64,000 nucleotides of DNA from an uncultured Pseudomonadota bacterium (GTDB lineage: Bacteria; Myxococcota_A; Polyangia; Fen-1088), in NCBI GenBank assembly GCA_963847705.1, contig CAWKBC010000008.1, positions 1 through 64,000 on the forward strand, in the 5' to 3' direction. The position numbers and the translations under genes were made by a program. A model generated the notes under the pieces. It saw only the letters and a program-made list of their open reading frames with translations, was not told the DNA's origin and searched no databases. Shown one piece after another: positions 1-12,452 of this stretch (position 1 is its first letter; each line of letters opens with the position of its first letter).

Positions 1-3946
<3,946 letters not shown>

Positions 3947-3980
3947 GGCTCTGGGTCTCTCTTTTGTGCTCTTGGTTTGC

Positions 3981-4529
3981 CTAGTTGACGAGCTTCTGCC
4001 GCAGGTCGGCCAGCTGGGTGCGGACGCTGCCGTCCAGCACCAGGTCACCCACCTGCGCGACGACGCCACCGATGAGGGCGGCGTCGACGGCGGCTTCCAC
4101 GATCACCTTCTTGCCAGTCCGCTGCTCCAGCGAGCGGCGCACCCGGTCGAGCGCGGCGGCCGCCAGCGGCTCGGCGGAGGTCACCTTGGCGCGGACCTGC
4201 CCGGTGTGCGCATCGGCGAGGTCCCGGTAGGCCCGGGCGATGGCCGGCAAAAGCAGGATGCGGCGGCGCTCCAGCAGCAGCAGCGCCAGCCGGCGCACCT
4301 CCGCCGTGGGGGCCACGCGCGGCAGGAGCTGCTCCAGCACGGCGCGCTTCTCCGAGGGACGAAACACCGGGTTCTCCAGCGCCATCCGCAGCTCGGCCGA
4401 CGACGTCCAGAGCGTGGCCAGATCGCCGATCTCCTGCCCCAGCGCCTCGAACGTGCCGCTGTCGACGCCGATCCCGAACAGGGCCCGCGCGTAGCGGCGC
4501 GCGACGGAGCCGCCACCCATGGCCGCCAT
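3981..4529 (-). CDS. atpH: F0F1 ATP synthase subunit delta
   Basis: [11 protein letters not shown]-terminus and [27 protein letters not shown]-terminus; intact ORF in operon order. Confidence 0.93.
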   Translation of the reverse strand: MAAMGGGSVARRYARALFGIGVDSGTFEALGQEIGDLATLWTSSAELRMALENPVFRPSEKRAVLEQLLPRVAPTAEVRRLALLLLERRRILLLPAIARAYRDLADAHTGQVRAKVTSAEPLAAAALDRVRRSLEQRTGKKVIVEAAVDAALIGGVVAQVGDLVLDGSVRTQLADLRQKLVN

Positions 4530-5230
4530 CAGGCCTGCCCCCGCGACGCCGGCGACTTGACCGGCGCGGCGACATCCGCCACGAAAGAGTCGACCAGGCG
4601 CTGCTGATCGGCCGCGCCGAGCGCCTTCTTCACCATCTGCTCCGCCAGATCGACGGCGGCCAGCGCCACCTCGCGCCGCAGCCGCTCCTCGGCCTCCTTG
4701 ACCTGCTGGTCGAGGACGAAGGTGGTCTCCTCGCGGATCCGCTTGGCGCGCTCTTCGGCCAGGGCGATGAGGCGCGCCTTCTCCGCCTCCGCCTCCGCCT
4801 TGACGCCGGTGCGAATGCCCTCGATCTCCTGCTCGAGCGCGGAGAGCCGCGCCTCCTGCTGGGCCAGCCGCGCCTCGGCCTCGGCCCGCGCGGCCGAAGC
4901 GGCCGCCAGATCGGCCTTCAGCTGCTGGTGCCGGGCGGCCAGCGCCTTGCCGATGGCCGGCCCGCCGAACTTGACCAGCACGAAGACGAGGACCGCGAAG
5001 TTGAGCAGCTGGAGCGCCAGGCTCTTGCCGTGAATCACAGGCGTCTCGTGCCTCGGCAGCTCATCCCCGATCGCGGCGCCCTCGATCTTCCCGGCGTGCT
5101 CGAGGCGCTCCTCCTCCGAGGCCCGGGCGGGTGCCGCGCCGGACAAAGAGAGGCCAGCCACCCCAGCCAACGCCAGCGCACCGATGAGCGCCCATCTGCG
5201 AAGCAGGCGGTTCGTCCTGTTGGTCGTCAT
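4529..5230 (-). CDS. atpF: F0F1 ATP synthase subunit b, with N-terminal signal-like extension
   Basis: QLLNFAVLVFVLVKFGG membrane anchor followed by a long A/E/R coiled coil; ATG at 5230 overlaps the stop of the upstream b' gene. Confidence 0.85.
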   Translation of the reverse strand: MTTNRTNRLLRRWALIGALALAGVAGLSLSGAAPARASEEERLEHAGKIEGAAIGDELPRHETPVIHGKSLALQLLNFAVLVFVLVKFGGPAIGKALAARHQQLKADLAAASAARAEAEARLAQQEARLSALEQEIEGIRTGVKAEAEAEKARLIALAEERAKRIREETTFVLDQQVKEAEERLRREVALAAVDLAEQMVKKALGAADQQRLVDSFVADVAAPVKSPASRGQA

Positions 5231-5715
5231 GGCGAGACCTCCCGCCCCAGGATCCGCTGCGCCGCCGTCCTGGCCACGTCGCGCGTCTGCGCGTCCAGCT
5301 TGGCCCGCTCGGTCTGCAGCGTCGCCTCGAGGCGCACGCGCGCGGCGGCCAGCGTCTTCTGGGCCTCCGCGGTGGCCGCGGCCAGCACCGCCTGCTCGCG
5401 CGTCTGCGCCTCGGCCCGCGCGGCGGCGCGCTCGCCCGAGCCTTGTCGGCGCGCGGCCGCCAGCCCCAGCTCGGCCTTGGCCAGCCGCTCGGCCGCGTCG
5501 GCGTCCATCTTCACGGCGTCCTGCCGGTAGCCCTCGACGCGGGTCACCCGCTCTCCGCGAATGCGCAGATAGGGCCGCCAGAGCAGGCGCCAAAGGACGA
5601 TCGCCAGGAGCAAAAAGATCCCCAGCTGAACGAAGACCGTCTTGTCGATGTCGATGAGCTGGGGCTCATGCGAGGTCGGCGCTTCGGAAAGCAGGAAAAT
5701 CAGGGAGGATTTCAT
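5227..5715 (-). CDS. F0F1 ATP synthase subunit b'
   Basis: IDIDKTVFVQLGIFLLLAIVLWRLLWRPYL anchor, coiled coil, C-terminal ILGREV; first gene of the atp block. Confidence 0.85.
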   Translation of the reverse strand: MKSSLIFLLSEAPTSHEPQLIDIDKTVFVQLGIFLLLAIVLWRLLWRPYLRIRGERVTRVEGYRQDAVKMDADAAERLAKAELGLAAARRQGSGERAAARAEAQTREQAVLAAATAEAQKTLAAARVRLEATLQTERAKLDAQTRDVARTAAQRILGREVSP

Positions 5716-5796
5716 GCGGCTAAGCCGCGGCTCGTTTACCGAATTGGGGGGGGTTCGTCAATGGAAACGTCAGTGGAAACTCGTATGCTGCCGCGG

Positions 5797-6720
5797 ATGC
5801 TGCTGGGAGCGCACGAATCGGTCGCTGGCGGACCCCACACGGCCATCGCCCGGGGCAAGGCCGACGGCTGCGAAGCCATACAGATTTTCGCCCGCCCGTC
5901 GGCCCAGTGGCGGGCCAAACCCTTCCTGCCCGAGGAGGTCTCGCTGTTCCGCAGCGAGCACGCCACCGTCGGGTGGCCGACGCTGTCGCACGCCTCGTAC
6001 CTCATCAACCTGGCGGCCGGGGACCCGGCGATCCTGGACAAGAGCCGCGACGCGCTGGCGGACGAGATGTTTCGGGCCGAAGAACTGGGCCTCGATTTCG
6101 TGGTCCTGCACCCGGGCGCCCACGTCGGCGCCGGCGTCGAGGGCGGCGTCGCGGCGGCGGCCGAATCGCTGTCGGACCTGGACGCGCGCACGCGCGGGAT
6201 GCGGGTCCGGCTGCTGCTCGAGATCACCGCCGGCCAGGGGAGCTGCCTCGGCTGCCGGTTCGAGGAGATGGAGGCGATGCTGGCCCGCGCGCGCGGCGGC
6301 GACCGGATCGGCATCTGCTTCGACACCTGCCACGCCCACGCCTCGGGCTACGACCTCAGCACCGAGGAGGGCACCGAGCGGACGTTCGAGGCCTTCGCGC
6401 GGATCATCGGGCTCGACAAGCTGCGGGCCTTTCACCTCAACGACTCGAAGACGCCGACCGGCAGCCACGTCGACCGCCACGCCGAGATCGGCGAGGGCTA
6501 CCTGGGCCTTCTGCCCTTCTGGCGCCTGGTGAACGACGCCCGCTTCGCGGCGACGCCGGCCGTGCTGGAGACGCCGTCGGGGCCCGACGGAGAGTCCTCA
6601 TTCGCCCGCAACCTCGCGCGCCTGCGCGGGCTCATCGGCGCACCGCGCCCGGCCGGCGCGCCCAAGTCGCAGGCGTTGCCCGAGAAGGCGGACCCACGGC
6701 AGGGGCGGCTGTTCGGCTGA
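5797..6720 (+). CDS. nfo: Endonuclease IV (AP endonuclease 2)
   Basis: LGAHES, HASYLINLA, VLHPG, LLEITAGQG, CFDTCH, HLNDSK, DRHAEIG, LETP zinc-ligand motifs; start chosen at MLLGAH. Confidence 0.92.
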   Translation: MLLGAHESVAGGPHTAIARGKADGCEAIQIFARPSAQWRAKPFLPEEVSLFRSEHATVGWPTLSHASYLINLAAGDPAILDKSRDALADEMFRAEELGLDFVVLHPGAHVGAGVEGGVAAAAESLSDLDARTRGMRVRLLLEITAGQGSCLGCRFEEMEAMLARARGGDRIGICFDTCHAHASGYDLSTEEGTERTFEAFARIIGLDKLRAFHLNDSKTPTGSHVDRHAEIGEGYLGLLPFWRLVNDARFAATPAVLETPSGPDGESSFARNLARLRGLIGAPRPAGAPKSQALPEKADPRQGRLFG

Positions 6721-6746
6721 GCCCCACAACTAGGCGGCGTACGCGC

Positions 6747-7631
6747 CTAAGCGGCGTACGCGGCGCGGAGGTGGTCGACGAAAGCGCGCAGGCGTGGCTC
6801 TCCCCGCTGCTTGGTTCGATGGATGGCATTCACGGGCACCGGCTCGCTCTGCCAGCCGGGCAGGATCAACCGCAGCGCGCGCCGACGGAGGTCGTTCATA
6901 ACCAGCCACTCGGGCAGGAGCGCGACGCCCACGCCTTTGACAGCCAGCTCGCGGATGGCGTGAAGGGCGTTGGAGCGAAAGGCGACGTTCAGGCGCAGGC
7001 GCGCCTCGCGCTCACCGCTGACCAGCGCCCAGCTGTCGGCAGGATTCCCCGCTGGATAGGTCAGCGCGTCGTGCTTGGCGAGGGCCTCGGGCGTGGTGGG
7101 ATCCCCCTTGCGCTTCAAATAGTCGGGGGAGGCGACCACCACGCGCCGGTAGGTGAAGAGCAGGTGGGCGATGACGTCGGTCCGTTCTGGCGGCCGCGTG
7201 CCAACCCGGATTGCGACGTCGGTCCCCTCCAGCGCCAGATCGATCAGGCGATCTTCCAGACGGAGATCGATCCGGAACCGCGGGTGCTTGATCATCAGCG
7301 CATGGACGTGCGGCACCACGCGCGCCAGGCCGAACGTCACGGGCGCGCTGACCTGCAGGAAGCCCTCCGGTGCCTCGTCCGCGCCGACCGCCTGGGCGGC
7401 GTCGACCTCGCGCAGCACGCGCAGGCAGCTCTGGTAGTAGCGATCGCCCGCCGGGGTGACCGCCATCCGGCGGGTCGTCCGCCTCAGCAAGGTGAGGCGC
7501 AGCTCCGCCTCCAGCGTGGCGATCTGGCGGCTCACCGCGGCCGACGAGATCCGCAGCTGCTTCGCGGCGGCAGAGAGGCTGCCGGCTTCGACCACGCGCA
7601 CGTACGTCGTCATCTTGTCGAGCAGGTCCAT
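6747..7631 (-). CDS. LysR-family transcriptional regulator (CrgA/DmlR-like)
   Basis: GSLSAAAKQL...SAAVSRQIATLEAEL...LLRRTTRRMAVT HTH followed by a substrate-binding domain; divergent from an SDR gene. Confidence 0.93.
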   Translation of the reverse strand: MDLLDKMTTYVRVVEAGSLSAAAKQLRISSAAVSRQIATLEAELRLTLLRRTTRRMAVTPAGDRYYQSCLRVLREVDAAQAVGADEAPEGFLQVSAPVTFGLARVVPHVHALMIKHPRFRIDLRLEDRLIDLALEGTDVAIRVGTRPPERTDVIAHLLFTYRRVVVASPDYLKRKGDPTTPEALAKHDALTYPAGNPADSWALVSGEREARLRLNVAFRSNALHAIRELAVKGVGVALLPEWLVMNDLRRRALRLILPGWQSEPVPVNAIHRTKQRGEPRLRAFVDHLRAAYAA

Positions 7632-7737
7632 CCGCGGAGCATGTGGGATTCGCAACTTGGGCGCAAAAGTGCTCTTCGCCCGAGCCGCCTACCAGGCGCG
7701 GCCTCCGCGGCCCACAAGAACATCGAAGGAGACAGCC

Positions 7738-8490
7738 ATGACGAAAACATTCGAAGGCAAGGTGGTCCTGGTGACCGGAGCGAACTCGGGCATCGGCGAG
7801 ACGACGGCGGTCGCGTTTCAAGAGGCGGGCGCCCAGGTGTTCGGCATCGCGCGGCGGAAGGAGACGCTGGAGGCGGCGCGGGCGCGGCATCCGAGGATCG
7901 GCTGGGTGCTGGCCGACGTCTCCAAGCTGGACGCGGTCAAGCCGGCGGTCGAGAGCGTGGTGCGCGAGGCAGGACGGCTCGACGTGCTGGTGAACAACGC
8001 CGCGATCTTCCAGTTCGCGCCGCTGGAGGATTCGACGGACGCGCATGTGCGGAGTCAGTTCGAGGCCAACGTCTACGGGACAGCCTTCGTGACCCAGGCG
8101 GCGTTGCCGGCGCTGAAGGCCAGCCGCGGGACCGTGGTCAACATCAGCAGCGCCGCGGGGCACAAGGCTGCTCCAGGCGCCGCCATCTACGGCGCCACAA
8201 AAGCGGCGGTCGAGTCCCTCACCCGGTCGTGGGCGCTGGAGCTTGCGCCGCACGGGGTCCGGGTGAACGCCATCGCCCCAGGTCCGACCGAGACCCCGGT
8301 GTTCGACAAGACCGGTTTACCCCCCGAGATGGTGCCGCAGGTGAAGGCCTCGTTCGTGAAGCAGGTCCCGCTCGGACGCCTGGCCACCACCGCGGAGATC
8401 GCCCGTTGGATCGTCGCCATCTCCGACCCGACCGTCACCTGGGTGACGGGCCAGGTGCTCTCGATCGACGGCGGCATGAGCCTGACCTGA
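7738..8490 (+). CDS. SDR family NAD(P)-dependent oxidoreductase
   Basis: TGANSGIG, NNAA, YGATK catalytic motif, RVNAIAPG; AAGGAG RBS upstream. Confidence 0.93.
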   Translation: MTKTFEGKVVLVTGANSGIGETTAVAFQEAGAQVFGIARRKETLEAARARHPRIGWVLADVSKLDAVKPAVESVVREAGRLDVLVNNAAIFQFAPLEDSTDAHVRSQFEANVYGTAFVTQAALPALKASRGTVVNISSAAGHKAAPGAAIYGATKAAVESLTRSWALELAPHGVRVNAIAPGPTETPVFDKTGLPPEMVPQVKASFVKQVPLGRLATTAEIARWIVAISDPTVTWVTGQVLSIDGGMSLT

Positions 8491-8516
8491 ACGCTCACGG
8501 CAGGCGCGCGCCGGGC

Positions 8517-8993
8517 TTACGGCAAGTGCGCGCGCCGCCGGTGGCGAATGTTCACGATCAGGTACGTCACGATCACGACGTTCAGGATCAGAAGGATGAT
8601 CCGACCGGCGCGCACGTGATGCATGAGCGCGCGGATCTCGAAGGGGATCAGGGCGGCCGTCGTCACCACCACCAGCCACTCGCCCCAGGTGTAGCCACGC
8701 GACAGCGCCCAGCCCTCGACGCTGCTCAACCCCGCGTCGGCGAGCAGCGCGTACGCCGTCCAGGTCAGGCTGTGGCGGGAGTGCGTGAAGCGCAGCAGCG
8801 CCGCGGCGAAGACGTTGCTCCAGGCGTGGACGGCGTGCTCGCGCAGGTTCTCGGCGAACTCGGCCAGCCGCGCGCCGAGGCCGTGGGCGGCGCCGTAGAA
8901 CAGGAGCACCGCGGCGGCCACCTGCAGCACCGCCTTGGTGAACTTGTAGGTGGTGATGAGGCGCAGGCCGGTGGGTGGGGTCGGCACCCGCAC
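8517..8993 (-). CDS. DUF2127-like membrane protein
   Basis: GLRLITTYKFTK...VEGWAL...WGEWLVVVTTAALIPFEI...LNVVIVTYL pattern; several transmembrane segments. Confidence 0.75.
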   Translation of the reverse strand: MRVPTPPTGLRLITTYKFTKAVLQVAAAVLLFYGAAHGLGARLAEFAENLREHAVHAWSNVFAAALLRFTHSRHSLTWTAYALLADAGLSSVEGWALSRGYTWGEWLVVVTTAALIPFEIRALMHHVRAGRIILLILNVVIVTYLIVNIRHRRRAHLP

Positions 8994-9074
8994 AACATAA
9001 CGCTCAGGCGGCGTTTCGGCGCGCCCCGTTGCCCCGGACGACGGCGGCCACCGCGCCCACGATCGGCGGCGCGG

Positions 9075-10592
9075 TCAATCGTCGCGCCGGCGGCGCCAGG
9101 GTGAAGGCTGCGTCTGCGACAGATCGAGATCACTGGAAGCACCGCCGCCCCCCGCGCGCGCCGCCTCGGCCGCCGCGGCGATCGCCGCCAGCGCCGCCGT
9201 CTCCTCGTCGGAGGGCGGCTGGGTCAGCTCGGCCTTGTGGCGTTCGATGAACCCGGTGTCGTAGTCGCCCGCGATGAAGGCCGGATGGCGCATCACCCGC
9301 CGGTGAAAGGCCAGGTTCGTCTTGATGCCGCCGACGTGGTACTCGCCGAGCGCGCGCCGCATGCGATCGATGGCGGCGCTCCGCGTGTCGGCCCAGGCGC
9401 AGAGCTTGGAGATCATCGGGTCGTAGTGGACGGAGACCACGCTGCCCGCCACCACGCCCCCGTCGTCGCGGATCCCCGGCCCCGCCGGCACGCGCAGCGA
9501 GGTGATCGTCCCCGGCGACGGCAGGAACCTCACCGAGTCCTCCGCGTAGACGCGGCACTCGATGGCCGCCCCCCGCCGCGGGATCGCCTCCTGGGCGAGG
9601 GGAATCTTCTCTCCCTGGGCGACCGCCAGCTGCCAGCGCACCAGGTCGACCCCGGTCACCAGCTCCGTGATCGGGTGCTCGACCTGGAGGCGCGTGTTCA
9701 TCTCCAGGAAGTAGAAGCTGCGCGCCGCCGAGTCGTAGAGCATCTCGACGGTGCCGGCGCCGACGTAGCCGACCGAGCGCGCCGCCCGCACCGCGACCTC
9801 GCCCATCTTCGAGCGGGTCTCGTCGTCGAGCACCGGCGACGGCGACTCCTCGATCACCTTCTGGTTGCGGCGCTGGATCGAACAGTCGCGCTCGTACAGG
9901 TGGACCGCGCCGCCGTGCTCGTCGCCGAACACCTGGATCTCGATGTGGCGCGGGCGGACGATGGCCTTCTCCAGGTAGACCGTGTCGTCGCCGAAGGCCG
10001 CCTTGGCCTCGCGCTGCGCGCCGGCCAGCGCCGCCTCCAGCTTGTCCTCGCTGTCGACGAGGCGCATGCCGCGCCCGCCGCCGCCGGCGGCGGCCTTCAG
10101 CATCACCGGGTAGCCGATGCGCGCGGCGGCCGCCTTGGCGTCGGCCGCGTTCGGGAAGCCGTGCCCGTCGACGCCGCCGTCGCCGGGGACCACCGGCACG
10201 CCGGCCGCCTGCATGCGCGCGCGCGCCGCGGTCTTGATCCCCATCGCCCGCATCGCCGACGGCGGCGGGCCGATGAAGGTGGCGCCGGCCGCGTGGACCG
10301 CCTCGGCGAAGTCGGCGTTCTCGGACAGGAAGCCGTAGCCGGGGTGAACGCCGTCGGCGCCGCTCTTGCGAATGGCGTCGATGAGCTTGTCGATGACCAG
10401 GTAGCTCTCGCGTGCGGGCGGCGGGCCGATGGCCAGCGCCTCGTCGGCCAGGCGCACGTGGGGCGCCAGCGCGTCGGCCTCGGAGTAGACGGCCACCGTG
10501 CGCAGACCGAGCTCGCGGCAGGCGCGGATGACCCGGCAGGCGATCTCGCCCCGGTTGGCGATGAGGACCTTGGTGATCTTGCGGGCCGGCAT
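9075..10592 (-). CDS. accC: Acyl-CoA carboxylase biotin carboxylase subunit
   Basis: KVLIANRGEIA, HPGYGFLSEN, KAAAGGGGRGM, ERDCSIQRR, FLEMNTRLQVEHP, YDPMISK; no biotinyl domain. ATG overlaps the ggt stop. Confidence 0.9.
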   Translation of the reverse strand: MPARKITKVLIANRGEIACRVIRACRELGLRTVAVYSEADALAPHVRLADEALAIGPPPARESYLVIDKLIDAIRKSGADGVHPGYGFLSENADFAEAVHAAGATFIGPPPSAMRAMGIKTAARARMQAAGVPVVPGDGGVDGHGFPNAADAKAAAARIGYPVMLKAAAGGGGRGMRLVDSEDKLEAALAGAQREAKAAFGDDTVYLEKAIVRPRHIEIQVFGDEHGGAVHLYERDCSIQRRNQKVIEESPSPVLDDETRSKMGEVAVRAARSVGYVGAGTVEMLYDSAARSFYFLEMNTRLQVEHPITELVTGVDLVRWQLAVAQGEKIPLAQEAIPRRGAAIECRVYAEDSVRFLPSPGTITSLRVPAGPGIRDDGGVVAGSVVSVHYDPMISKLCAWADTRSAAIDRMRRALGEYHVGGIKTNLAFHRRVMRHPAFIAGDYDTGFIERHKAELTQPPSDEETAALAAIAAAAEAARAGGGGASSDLDLSQTQPSPWRRRRDD

Positions 10593-12337
10593 CAGTAGCC
10601 TGCCGGCGTGCTCGGGCTGCGCGGCTCGGCCCCGGCCTCGATTCCCTTGTCGGTCCGCACCAGCACGTTGACCGTCCCGATGTGCGGCATCTCCTTGATC
10701 TTGTGGCCGCGCTGCTCGAGCCCGGTGGTCACGTCGCGCGGGACGTCGCCCTCCACCATCAGGAGATCGGGAAACCACTGGTCGTGAATGCGCGCGGCCG
10801 CCACCGCCGCCTGCGCGTCCAGCTTCCAGTCGACCACGTTGAGCAGCACCTCCGCCGTCGCCGAGATGATGGTCGGACCGCCGGCCGCGCCCACCACCAC
10901 CTTCACCTGCCCGTTCGCATCGACCGCGATGGTCGGTGTCATCGACGACAGCGGCCGTTTTTTCGGCGCCACCGCGTTCTGCTCGTTGCCGATCAGGCCG
11001 AAGGCGTTGGGGACGCCGGGGGTGAGCGAGAAGTCGTCCATCTGGTCATTGAGGACGATGCCCGTCTTCCCCGCCACCAGGTGCGCGCCGAAGCCGAGGT
11101 TCACCGTGGTCGTCAGCGCCACCGCGTTTCCCTCCGCGTCGATGATCGACAGGTGCGTCGTCCCGCCGTCCTTGTGCACGGCCGGCGGGGCGCCCAGCGT
11201 CCCGTAGGCGTCCCGTGGCAAGACAGCGCCCGGCTTGATCCGGCGCGCCAGCTCCGCGTGATAGGCCGGGTCCGTCAGGTGGGGCATGTCGACGGCGACG
11301 AAGTCCGTGTCGCCCAGGAAGCGCGCGCGATCGGCGAAGCCGTGCTTGAGCGCCTCGGAGACGACGTGCAGGTAGGCCGACGACCCGCGCCCGTCGCGCT
11401 GCAGGTCGGCGTCGGTCGGATAGTGCGCGGCCAGGATCCCCAGCGCCTCGACCAGCACCACGCCGCCCGACGACGAGGGCGGCATCGAATAGACGCGCAG
11501 CCCGCGGTAGTCGGTGGCCAGCGGCGTCCGGTCGGTCGCGGTGTAGCCGGCGAGATCCTCGGCGCTGAGCACGCCGCCCGCGGCCGCCACCGCCTTGACG
11601 ATCTCCCTGGCCACCTCGCCCTTGTAAAAGGCGTCCGCGCCGCCCGCGCGCAGCTTGCCGAGCGTCCAGGCCAGCTGGGGCCGCCGCCAGAGCGTCCCCT
11701 CGGGGAGTGGCTTGCCGGCGAAGAGCTGCATGAACGTCTTGTCGCCGGTCTCCTTGCGATCGATGGCGGCCAGGCTCTGGGCCAGACGCCAGGAGACGGG
11801 AAACCCGCGCGCCGCCAGCCTCTGCGCGCCGTCGACGCAGCGGCTGAAGGGCAGCTTGCCCCAGCGCTTCACCATGTCGCTGAGCCCGCGCACCTCGCCC
11901 GGCACCGCCACCGCCAGGCCGCCGTGCTTCGAGAGCTCGGGCTGAACCTTCCCGTCCTTGAAGTAGGCGGCCGGCGTGATCGCCGCCGGCGCCCGCTCGC
12001 GGAAGTCGAGCGCGTAGCTTTTCTTGTCTTTGGCCAGATAGACGATCGCGAAGCCGCCGCCGCCGATCCCGGACGAGTCGGGGTGCACGACCCCCAGCGC
12101 CAGCGCCGTGGCGCAGGCAGCGTCGATCGCGTTGCCGCCGCCTTTCATCGCCGCCACACCGGCCGCCGAGGCCAGCGCGTTGTCCGACGCCACCGCCGCG
12201 TGCGCCGCGCGGAACGGGGGTGGCGTGGCCGCGCCCGCGAATTCCGCGGCGCCCAGCGCCAATCCTGCGAAGACGGCCCCTGTGGCGAGCAGCCACGCCA
12301 GGCCGCTCCAGAGCGGGCGGAGGACGACGCGCGCCAA
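10592..12337 (-). CDS. ggt: Gamma-glutamyltranspeptidase, exported (start approximate)
   Basis: GGNAIDAA, SSGIGGGGF, LDFRERAP, TTHLS nucleophile Thr, LNDQMDDF, RPLSSMTP, GAAGG; hydrophobic signal region near the N-terminus. Confidence 0.92.
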   Translation of the reverse strand: MARVVLRPLWSGLAWLLATGAVFAGLALGAAEFAGAATPPPFRAAHAAVASDNALASAAGVAAMKGGGNAIDAACATALALGVVHPDSSGIGGGGFAIVYLAKDKKSYALDFRERAPAAITPAAYFKDGKVQPELSKHGGLAVAVPGEVRGLSDMVKRWGKLPFSRCVDGAQRLAARGFPVSWRLAQSLAAIDRKETGDKTFMQLFAGKPLPEGTLWRRPQLAWTLGKLRAGGADAFYKGEVAREIVKAVAAAGGVLSAEDLAGYTATDRTPLATDYRGLRVYSMPPSSSGGVVLVEALGILAAHYPTDADLQRDGRGSSAYLHVVSEALKHGFADRARFLGDTDFVAVDMPHLTDPAYHAELARRIKPGAVLPRDAYGTLGAPPAVHKDGGTTHLSIIDAEGNAVALTTTVNLGFGAHLVAGKTGIVLNDQMDDFSLTPGVPNAFGLIGNEQNAVAPKKRPLSSMTPTIAVDANGQVKVVVGAAGGPTIISATAEVLLNVVDWKLDAQAAVAAARIHDQWFPDLLMVEGDVPRDVTTGLEQRGHKIKEMPHIGTVNVLVRTDKGIEAGAEPRSPSTPAGY

Positions 12338-12452
12338 TTGGCGCTGAGCAGGTGACGAGGGGCGCGTGATTTCCGATGAATATGCGGGATAATCAGCGCT
12401 TTGCAAAGGCCGAACGGACTTATAGTCTCGTCGGCGCCGGACCCCGGAGACC

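Noticed and set aside
3981-5715. atp operon lacking atpB/atpE
   Set aside because: A split between atpIBE and atpF'FHAGDC is the usual arrangement in Myxococcota and other deltaproteobacteria.
5907-9104. 1065-aa plus-strand ORF and similar long ORFs (46842-50000, 29965-32442, 52937-55165, 38362-40428)
   Set aside because: Arg/Gly/Pro-rich shadow or antisense frames of real genes, typical of stop-poor high-GC DNA; no motifs or independent RBS.
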